Shown: in pieces, positions 41,001-48,195 of the stretch
Position numbering within the stretch: position 1 is the first letter of the stretch
Layout: every line of letters begins with the position of its first letter
Source: Lachnospiraceae bacterium
GTDB taxonomy: Bacteria > Bacillota > Clostridia > Lachnospirales > Lachnospiraceae
DNA: 64,000 bases
NCBI GenBank assembly: GCA_017460885.1
Contig: JAFUAB010000018.1
Coordinates: forward strand, 17,726-81,725
Direction: 5' to 3'
Made by a program: the position numbers and the translations under genes
The notes under the pieces: generated by a model
What the model was told of the DNA's origin: nothing
The model's input: the letters and a program-made list of their open reading frames with translations, nothing else
Database searches by the model: none

Positions 41001-41390
41001 CAGAGATGCGACGATATGATCAAGATGGTCACGGAGGCCGAGAAGAAGGCCAGGGCGTTTTATACTCTCGCCGGCTGGAAAGAGAACACGGCTCAGACCA
41101 CATTCTTCCTTAAGAAGGATGATTACGCCCAAATAAGCAACCTGTCCGAGCTGTCGGTGGATCCCGGACAGACTTACCTCTCCATCGATAACGAGAACTT
41201 CCTGTTGGGCGTGAAGGAATATCAGAATGAGACAAGCGAGGCGATAAAGAAGAGAGCGCTCGAATCCGAGAAGAAAAAGCAGACCGACTCCAAGCGGGGC
41301 AAGAATCCCGATTATCTGAAAGGCCTTGACGAACGGCAGGCCATGGAGAAATTCCTGCAGAATCCCCTGAGCGGGACGATACATAAATAA
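38064..41390 (+). CDS. Large protein without signal peptide (1108 aa) with PI3K/PI4K/HipA-like atypical kinase domain, putative effector
   Basis: RBS aaggag; GNSTDVY...YYIKE N-lobe, NNTATSRLA..HGF, FDMICLQVDRHGRNF...IMSYDHDMSFG. Confidence 0.7.
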   Translation: MSQDNEQLKLNKQAPQFIDTLRLTKNESYKLSYSAPASMFEMKDTRSSKQVDTAITASDKKMAAILKNDSKYSYNQKRSAQVNRFRNVSLGLFKDKKWYSGTDSPEMDRVKKTVAYLNNLLDKGIYDYVSEEGTKGVNLDAKALKEAVHKAFEEAISACENYLEKKKEKREGRWSTGVRRRERVNRILQMCKEERSRYELTVDALQDKSIEGFDIEELRQQKESGAEAQDDQIDQEEQLEQKDQQKIGEEQEEQKEKKTKRVYNMHTLSTMLKHSVALQTTWQNQGNSTDVYRIVVKENGKDVVYYIKENLPLISADLDGFLTRRLNELASSKQAHIDKNEGMEELRMREAKMNEADYDACTRFLTAIQNKIKNASDADRMSVRKRMIGLFEHDFDKIFKSLNVHNQAARILDQEGGAAGFDLAKWTDIAKKKDDPQYEIAVILLDYMGYDLNGKKIEEEKKDGKKKDAGAQGQEAKQAKEQLKEISEKDWIIKELGLDKGDDKDLGKLISELYGKNKKGKMIEDMFRISLGKEVELFGQMRDRTAGDAEEIAATNNTATSRLATRHGFTDVVTVSDSRIVKFTDRNGKSVERFCTVMREAEGDEFLDILKNANDKGMKIEYTPEAIRQLMRLNAFDMICLQVDRHGRNFKCKSEEKNGKIVISKIMSYDHDMSFGEESIRDTFKDGQDKGFLKNPTQVIKKNSPMYRYVMKNYFHLGGDNSFLNDVKEPDWEALMDECKKNSRFHSALEKTVGDLNTFIAKPFIHEKFLGMRFNLYGQRLGDQEALYKGYITTADGQKLDEDESEKVQERLAGVYDDLSKFLITREGKKRVLKSKFTKEEKGILTGAMRELYDLNKNYDFSHIQHTQFAVAGLVDLWIKKTLYTYTQVLKTDQEPEDMETLLAAEKISEKKKAEKKEALKAITDPKTGDIVIPAMLHFDLDAWNSILDMKNSLENNDGLITGDLKGLGFRDAKIEKLKQRCDDMIKMVTEAEKKARAFYTLAGWKENTAQTTFFLKKDDYAQISNLSELSVDPGQTYLSIDNENFLLGVKEYQNETSEAIKKRALESEKKKQTDSKRGKNPDYLKGLDERQAMEKFLQNPLSGTIHK

Positions 41391-41406
41391 AGATGTGGCA
41401 TTTCCG

Positions 41407-41439
41407 CACCCCTGTTCTATTGAGAACGGGGGTGTTTTT
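41407..41439 (+). terminator. Rho-independent terminator
   Basis: cacccctgttct-attg-agaacgggggtg followed by T5. Confidence 0.75.
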
Positions 41440-41532
41440 GTGTTAAACTAACCAATGGAATAATATGTGCTACGATCCCGTCATGGGGATGCGATAGCTA
41501 AGGATCCATTTCTTATAGGAGAGGACGTTGAT

Positions 41533-43389
41533 ATGAACAACACGCAGCTTTATCCATTTGAACGCAATCGGTATTATCCGAAGAAGCGTATGTCCAGCGG
41601 GGATTTTCTCGCGGAGCAGGCTTACCACAACAATAAGCGCAGATTTTTGAACGGACTGATGTACGGTTCAGGCGTAGTCTGCGGATTGTCGGTTTTCAGC
41701 CTGGATGATCTGTCGATCCTGATCGAGAGCGGTGTGGCAATTGACGGTATGGGACGCGAAATAGTCGTAGACTCATCTGATGTCAAGAAGCTTTCCGCAG
41801 TTGAGGGATTCGACGCACTTAAGACCAATCTTGTGAGCCTTTGCCTCCGATACAAGGAGGAGGATGTACATAAGGTTTACGCCATCGATCAGTCCGATCC
41901 TAATGCGGAATTCCAGTACAACCGCATACGCGAGGGTCATGAGTTCTTCCTGTTAGACAGGGATGATGTGCCCGAGATTTTTGAGATGGAATCGGAGTTT
42001 CTCACCAGAGGTACATTGCTGGCCGACGAACACTATCTGGTAGAGCTTGTGATGCCCGCCATAGTCAGCCGCGGACGTGCGGTCAAGGCACAGCTTGTCA
42101 TCACCAAGCAGTCTGATGAGGATGTCAGGCTTACATATCACGGAGTACTCCAGATACCTGCATTTACCGCCTCGGACGGCAGAAATGAGATCCCGATAGA
42201 TATAGATAATCTGTCACTTGCTGCTAACGAGAGCATTTCCTATGATTATTGGATGACCGTACAGAAGACACCTGTCAGCGAGACCAACCTGATCCTCAAG
42301 ACAGGATCCGCTTCCGCATACGAGAATGAAAGAGCCGTAGCATCACCGGGCAACTTTACCGTCAAGATCCTCCTTTCCGACACCAAGCCCAGAGAACTGG
42401 TCACTCGTGAGATCGGCAAGATGAATCTTGAGATGAAGAATATAGGAGCCCAGGGTGATTTCATCCGTCTGGCAGACCTGCGTCTGGTCCGTACAGACAG
42501 TGCGTATATTATAGAAGAGATCATCGAGAGTAATGTCAAGCATTATCTTGCCGCTCCGGCACAGGAAATGGAGAGGGAAGACTACCTCGAATATTTCATA
42601 CGTGAGGGAGAGGGTTATTCGCCTGCGATCACTTCCTCAAGATCCTATGAACCGGTTGAGGATCATTCGGACGGACGTATGCAGGGCCCTGAGGTCGCCA
42701 CGGGTATACTTGAGATACCGCTCGGCGAGAATGCCCGCAAGGGCGACACCTTCTACTCGGGCGAGATCATGCACGGTCTCGGCAAGGGTAATGTCTATGT
42801 TGAGATCGGATATGAGTTTATCAAGGATGACGAGCAGATAGCCGCCAGTGCCAAGAGCACGATCTACGGTAATCCGGATATATTCGCAAATGAACAGCGT
42901 ACGGTGGTGGATGCGGATACCGCAGTCCGCGTGCTCAATGACAAGGGCAGCTTCATAGCCGGCGCCAGACTGCGCAAGAACGTGGATTATCTGGTACTGA
43001 CCTACCGCTGGGTAGCCATCAGATTCCCGGCCGGCAATGACCTAGGACTCCGCGACGACTATACCGGCAAATCCATTTCTCCCGAGACTCCCACGATCAA
43101 GATGGGTACCAAGGAGAACCATTACTTCGGAGTCAGATTCAACCATATGGATCCTGTCAGCATAACCTACGAGCTGACCGAGTCCGGCAGCGGCGAGATC
43201 ACTTCGGACGGTATCTATACGGCACCGGCCAAGCCGGGTGTTTACGAGATCCGCATCTATTGTACGGATATGCCTGTGGTATGTACATATGCATATGCGA
43301 TCGTGGAGAAGAAGGGTCTCGAAGAGATCGAAGAGCAGGGTGATGTCAAGGTTGATATGAGGAATCCGCTGTCAGGTTTCGTCAGATAA
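41533..43389 (+). CDS. CIS-associated baseplate/tail-fibre-like protein with C-terminal Ig-like module
   Basis: ERNRYY..KRMSSGDFLAEQAY...LMYGSGVVCGL.V...IESGVAIDG.GREI resembles the N-termini of eCIS fibre/baseplate-associated proteins; GSGEITSDGIYTAP Ig-like; RBS ggagagg. Confidence 0.6.
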   Translation: MNNTQLYPFERNRYYPKKRMSSGDFLAEQAYHNNKRRFLNGLMYGSGVVCGLSVFSLDDLSILIESGVAIDGMGREIVVDSSDVKKLSAVEGFDALKTNLVSLCLRYKEEDVHKVYAIDQSDPNAEFQYNRIREGHEFFLLDRDDVPEIFEMESEFLTRGTLLADEHYLVELVMPAIVSRGRAVKAQLVITKQSDEDVRLTYHGVLQIPAFTASDGRNEIPIDIDNLSLAANESISYDYWMTVQKTPVSETNLILKTGSASAYENERAVASPGNFTVKILLSDTKPRELVTREIGKMNLEMKNIGAQGDFIRLADLRLVRTDSAYIIEEIIESNVKHYLAAPAQEMEREDYLEYFIREGEGYSPAITSSRSYEPVEDHSDGRMQGPEVATGILEIPLGENARKGDTFYSGEIMHGLGKGNVYVEIGYEFIKDDEQIAASAKSTIYGNPDIFANEQRTVVDADTAVRVLNDKGSFIAGARLRKNVDYLVLTYRWVAIRFPAGNDLGLRDDYTGKSISPETPTIKMGTKENHYFGVRFNHMDPVSITYELTESGSGEITSDGIYTAPAKPGVYEIRIYCTDMPVVCTYAYAIVEKKGLEEIEEQGDVKVDMRNPLSGFVR

Positions 43390-43398
43390 GGAGCTGCC

Positions 43399-44253
43399 GT
43401 GATCTATCAGTCACAGTACATGAGTTTAAAACCGATCCGCCTGATAGCGCGGAACGATGTAAATGAGATACTTGTCTGCGAAAATATCGCAGATTCTTCC
43501 AGGGAACTGTACACGGTCATTCAGGTCACGGATCATGAGACAGTCAAGAAGTTCCTTGAATTAAACGAGCATGCGGAGGATGTCCAGGATAATGTCCTGA
43601 TCGACTGCTTTGCCAGCGAGGGCAAGTATCTGATCGTTTATCCATACAAAAAGGAACGGCCTTTGGATCTTTTTTATGTCGGATCCACGATGTCGGTCGC
43701 TCAATGCGAGGAAACGGGTATCAATCTGATCATAGCCTGTATGACATCCAATCTGCCATGGCCATTATTGTATCTGGCACTTATGCAGGGACAGATCAAT
43801 ATATCCCGCGACAATTCCGTTTACTTAAGCTACGCACTTGACCTTACGGATCTTGATCCGGACATAGGCGAGAAGGATTGCGTGGTAGAGTGTGCCAAGA
43901 TCCTGATCCGTCTGCTGGAGCCTGCGGTCAATCAATACAGACGCCGTGCCAACAGCTACATTCTTTTACAGAAAAAGGCCGATAAGAGAGCGTATGACAG
44001 GTTCCGCGATCTCTATAAGGATCTGAAGCTTGCGTCTGTACGGGTCAAAAAACGCAATATTTTTACCCGCATACGTATCTGGTTTGAGAGGAACCGTGAC
44101 ACTTTCTTCAGGATCATTCTGGTGATCAGTATCGCACTTGCGGTATTTGTGATCCTGACTTTCCTGACTAATCTTATTTTTGGAGATGTGCCGTGGCTGC
44201 GATTATTTATCCGAAGCTTCGATAAGATCGGATTGGAGTCGCTGCTGCAATAG
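43399..44253 (+). CDS. Membrane-anchored degenerate kinase-like protein
   Basis: Kinase-like order of elements without catalytic motifs; single C-terminal TM; GTG start with aaggag RBS. Confidence 0.45.
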   Translation: MIYQSQYMSLKPIRLIARNDVNEILVCENIADSSRELYTVIQVTDHETVKKFLELNEHAEDVQDNVLIDCFASEGKYLIVYPYKKERPLDLFYVGSTMSVAQCEETGINLIIACMTSNLPWPLLYLALMQGQINISRDNSVYLSYALDLTDLDPDIGEKDCVVECAKILIRLLEPAVNQYRRRANSYILLQKKADKRAYDRFRDLYKDLKLASVRVKKRNIFTRIRIWFERNRDTFFRIILVISIALAVFVILTFLTNLIFGDVPWLRLFIRSFDKIGLESLLQ

Positions 44254-44260
44254 GTAATAG

Positions 44261-46771
44261 ATGATGAATAAACGCAATAAATTTTTTTCAAAACTGAAAT
44301 CCAGGATAGGAGTTGCGTTCATAGCTCCCGTGATCTGGTTGCTGATCGTGATCGTGTGGTTTACGGTCTCCATGCTCAGAACGAAATACGACAGGGAGCT
44401 GACGAGCTTCAATGACGTTTCATCGAGTGAGATAGCATGGTATATCACGGACAATACCGCCAGAGGAGGTCTTATATACAAGCTGGATCAGCATGGTGAT
44501 GTTGACGGTATGTTCCACACTGTATCCCATCCGCTGTTCACCGGATGGGAGGCGGATCAGGTATGCTATCAGAATCGTGCCGTTTACGCCGTACTCGGAC
44601 GTGTGCGTGAGGAAAACAGACAGAAGATTCAGGAATTCGAGATCGTCGGATTTAACGAGGAGCTTGGAGCAACCCACAGGACGCCTCCGATAAAAGTGAA
44701 CAATTCGCTTGTGCTTACAGGCTTCTATGCCGATGATACCAATTTCTATCTGACACTGCTTACATTTAACGGAAAGCAGGCAGCGGTATATATGATACCA
44801 AAGTCGGAACTTGTCGAGATCACGACCAAGAATCCGAGCTACAAGGACGAAAAGGAGTTCGAGGAAAAAGCGGTATCCATCTCGGAGCTTCAGATGGTCA
44901 GCAGCGAAAACGGCAGATTTTTCTCACGTGCCGAGTATGTGGACGGAGCCCTTTACACACGTCTTGACAATGAAGAGCCATTGGGTGTGTTTGCTCACGA
45001 CGAATTTGTTAAGAAGCTCTATGCTGATCGCAAGATGTCATTTACGCAAAGGCTTGCCGCTTCGGGGGTCAGCTTCAGTATCTATATAGTATTTGCGATC
45101 GTAGGTTTTCTGGTGCTTTTCGGCCTGTCGCTCCTTCTGTGGATGAGGAGAAGAGTTGCTTATGCGATCCTTACCTATGAGGTTGTGTTCGCCGTTCTCA
45201 TCGTCGTGATCTTTGCATTTATGGTTGCCCGGACGAGAACCAATACCACAGAGAATTTTGAACGCTTTGAGCGTTACTTCATGGGCACGATGTTTGAGGG
45301 ACTGTCGGAGGATGTTAATCTGAATCTTGCGTCAGAAGCCTTTTATGATACCGACGCCTACGTTATTCTTCAGCGTCGTATAGCGTCCCAGATAGCAGGC
45401 TCCGAGGGAGCGATCAGACTCAGGGATATCCTTGTTGTTGATGTCGAGACCGGACGTATCGCCCTTTCGGGAAGCGGATATAACAAGCAGAGTATCGTTG
45501 ATCTGTATGGGACCGAGGCGATGGATGTCATTTCCAAGGTGGGCGGACAGAACGATACCGAGACCTTGCGAACCACACTTCAGGGAGTCGATACCTCGAT
45601 GGTCGCTCAGTCTCTTGAAGATATGGATCTGTTTAATTATGCGGTCATAGGCATTGCAGAGTACGACAGAGTGAGCGAAGGCTTTTTTGACAACTACGGA
45701 TCCGTGCTCAGATATGCGATCCTGGTATATGTGATCGCAAGTATAGGAGGTCTCATATACTTCATACTGGAGGCCATGGATATCAGATTTCTGGCATCTG
45801 CTCTCCAGAAGACCGCCAACGGCCAGGAGAATATTGAGAAGCCTGTGGTAGTCGGTACGGATATGAACTATATGTGGAACAGCCTCTTTGAGATCCAGAA
45901 GAAGATCAAGATGACCAACCATATCAAGTTCCTGACCTACGAAGCCTACTATCGCTTCGCACCCAAGAGCATCGAGCGTATCCTCAAGAAGGATTCGATC
46001 ACGGAGGTTCAGGGAGGCGACGCGATCCGGCTGTCGGGTACCATGGCACTCATGTCTACAGCCGGACAGCACACAGACAACTCTGTTGAACTGGATCGTA
46101 TGAACCATTTCATGGAGATCATAGAGCAGTATCAGAGTCAGGAGGACGGCATCTTCATCAGCGCGGGAAGTGACCTTTCGGCTATCAAGCTTCTCTTCCT
46201 TGATGAGACGCGTACCGCTGCGAGATTCGGTATCGATCTGCTGGAGGAACTGAGGGAATGGCAGCGTCAGGAGACTCCCGGTACAAGTATATTGATGCAT
46301 TACGCACCCTACGTATACGGTATCGCGGGCACCAGAGCCCAGGCTGCGGCTTTCCTTTTCTCGCCCGAGACAGAGGTTCTTGAGAAATATATGAAATGGT
46401 TCCGCAAGATGCGTCTGGGACTGCTGATAACAAGAGAAGTGATCGAGCACGAGAATGCGAATTTCGACCTGAGATATATCGGATTCGTTACTCCAGATCC
46501 TGAGGTTCCGGATAACCGCGTGGATCTTTATGAGGTGCTTGACGCCTGCAGTGTCAGGATCCGCCGCGTGAGACTTCAGGTCAAGGATAAATTTGCCGAA
46601 GCGCTGGATCTTTTCTATAAACAGGATTTCTACTTCGCACGTAACAGTTTCACGGAGATACTCCGTGAGATGCCGGATGACGAGATCACCAAATGGTATC
46701 TGTTCGAGTGCGAACGTTATCTTAATGAAGCTGACGGTAGTAATTTCATCGGTGCATTGCACATGGATTAG
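44261..46771 (+). CDS. Multi-TM sensor with HAMP-like linker, degenerate class III nucleotide cyclase domain and TPR-like tail
   Basis: About 4 TM; AYYRFAPKSIERILKKDSITEVQGGD resembles the cyclase-proximal helix; catalytic DI..FT and GD motifs absent; LYEVLD...FAEALDLFYKQDF..AR tail. Confidence 0.65.
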   Translation: MMNKRNKFFSKLKSRIGVAFIAPVIWLLIVIVWFTVSMLRTKYDRELTSFNDVSSSEIAWYITDNTARGGLIYKLDQHGDVDGMFHTVSHPLFTGWEADQVCYQNRAVYAVLGRVREENRQKIQEFEIVGFNEELGATHRTPPIKVNNSLVLTGFYADDTNFYLTLLTFNGKQAAVYMIPKSELVEITTKNPSYKDEKEFEEKAVSISELQMVSSENGRFFSRAEYVDGALYTRLDNEEPLGVFAHDEFVKKLYADRKMSFTQRLAASGVSFSIYIVFAIVGFLVLFGLSLLLWMRRRVAYAILTYEVVFAVLIVVIFAFMVARTRTNTTENFERFERYFMGTMFEGLSEDVNLNLASEAFYDTDAYVILQRRIASQIAGSEGAIRLRDILVVDVETGRIALSGSGYNKQSIVDLYGTEAMDVISKVGGQNDTETLRTTLQGVDTSMVAQSLEDMDLFNYAVIGIAEYDRVSEGFFDNYGSVLRYAILVYVIASIGGLIYFILEAMDIRFLASALQKTANGQENIEKPVVVGTDMNYMWNSLFEIQKKIKMTNHIKFLTYEAYYRFAPKSIERILKKDSITEVQGGDAIRLSGTMALMSTAGQHTDNSVELDRMNHFMEIIEQYQSQEDGIFISAGSDLSAIKLLFLDETRTAARFGIDLLEELREWQRQETPGTSILMHYAPYVYGIAGTRAQAAAFLFSPETEVLEKYMKWFRKMRLGLLITREVIEHENANFDLRYIGFVTPDPEVPDNRVDLYEVLDACSVRIRRVRLQVKDKFAEALDLFYKQDFYFARNSFTEILREMPDDEITKWYLFECERYLNEADGSNFIGALHMD

Positions 46772-46924
46772 GAACTGTTCATAAATAACTTGAACAGTTG
46801 GCGAAGGATAAATGTTCATATGCGATGAAGAAAACGTAGGCGTAGCGGGCTACGCCGAGGCTTTCTGAAGAAGCAGATGAATATTTAGCCAAGGCAAATG
46901 ATCAAGTTATTTTGCAACAGTTCC
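46771..46924. mobile_element. 154-bp MITE with IS1182/IS5-like ends and TTA target duplication
   Basis: TIR ggaactgttcataaataacttga / tcaagttattttgcaacagttcc; flanked by tta on both sides; central hairpin ggcgtagc-gg-gctacgcc. Confidence 0.75.
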
Positions 46925-46940
46925 TTAGGGAGCATAAAAA

Positions 46941-48179
46941 TTGAATCTGTTTCAAATTCTGATCCAAACCTTTAAAGCCAAGCTCACCCCCCTGGTGACT
47001 CGGTTCAGATATTATATCAACCCCGCGTACTGGCTGACGCTGGGCATCAGCTCCATCAGGAATTTCTTCTCGAGGATGCTGAATGTCCGTCCCCGCGACA
47101 AGGATGATTATTATCCTATCGGGCGATGGCTTGTCAGCAAGAAGCTGTGTTTCGCGATCGTCATCATTATCGGTGTGCTGTCGTTTATGTACATTTATTC
47201 CGTGAGGAATACCCTGTTTCCGCAGAGAACTGACGGTGATATCAAGACCTATTCCTATAATTCCGTCCTTCTCAAATTTGCCAAGGGCAAGGTCAGGATC
47301 AAGGGAAAGTCGGGATATCTGGCCTATGAAGGAGATGTACAGGACGGTTCCTGCAACGGCAACGGTACGCTTATGAATCCCCAGGGAGTGGTAGTATTTC
47401 AGGGCAACTTTACCAAGAATATGTATGAAGGTGCCGGAACCCAGTACTATCAGGACGGAATGCTCTGGTATACCGGAAGCTTCCACGAGAACCTCCACAG
47501 CGGAGAGGGCAGGCTGTACCGCCCCAACGGCACCCTGGAATATAACGGGCAGTTCTCCATGGATATGAAGGAGGGCGAGGGCATACTCTATGATATGAGC
47601 AATAACCCCGTATACTCCGGCAGATTCTCACATGATGAGATACTGTATTCCAACCTTATCGGCAAGACCAACGAGGAGGTTGCCGCTGCCTATACAGGAG
47701 AGCGCAGGATGTATGTGGAGGACGTGGAGCGCGTTCGATTCCTTTCCGATATAGACGCGATGACGGTGGAGATAGTGGACAGTGATTCCATCGATACCAA
47801 CGCCAAGGTTGATTCGGTATATGTCCTCAAACAGGATTTTCGTTACGGCAATAATACCTGTACGATGATCAGCACACTGGACGATGTTCTGGGAGCACCG
47901 GTCTATGTCGGCACCTCCTACGTGACACTTCCCGAGGCACTGGCCATCAATTACCTGTACGACAGGAGAAGCCTCACGCTTGACGGCCGTGTGGACATGA
48001 CAGAGAACAGGATGTTTACGGAGTATACCGAGATAGAAGACTATAACGATGAGTATGAGGTTTATCTGCATACTTATCATAAGGACGGACTGAATTACAC
48101 CTTTGTATCCAACAGGGGTTCGGATATGTTTGATTTCTACTATATCCATACCGAGAGCCTGTCGGATGTGACCAACTGA
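46941..48179 (+). CDS. Membrane-anchored MORN-repeat protein
   Basis: One TM, then YEGDVQDGSCNGNGTL, FQGNFTKNMYEGAGT, YTGSFHENLHSGEGRL, YNGQFSMDMKEGEGIL; TTG start with ggag RBS. Confidence 0.85.
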   Translation: MNLFQILIQTFKAKLTPLVTRFRYYINPAYWLTLGISSIRNFFSRMLNVRPRDKDDYYPIGRWLVSKKLCFAIVIIIGVLSFMYIYSVRNTLFPQRTDGDIKTYSYNSVLLKFAKGKVRIKGKSGYLAYEGDVQDGSCNGNGTLMNPQGVVVFQGNFTKNMYEGAGTQYYQDGMLWYTGSFHENLHSGEGRLYRPNGTLEYNGQFSMDMKEGEGILYDMSNNPVYSGRFSHDEILYSNLIGKTNEEVAAAYTGERRMYVEDVERVRFLSDIDAMTVEIVDSDSIDTNAKVDSVYVLKQDFRYGNNTCTMISTLDDVLGAPVYVGTSYVTLPEALAINYLYDRRSLTLDGRVDMTENRMFTEYTEIEDYNDEYEVYLHTYHKDGLNYTFVSNRGSDMFDFYYIHTESLSDVTN

Positions 48180-48195
48180 GTGATGAGATGACAAT

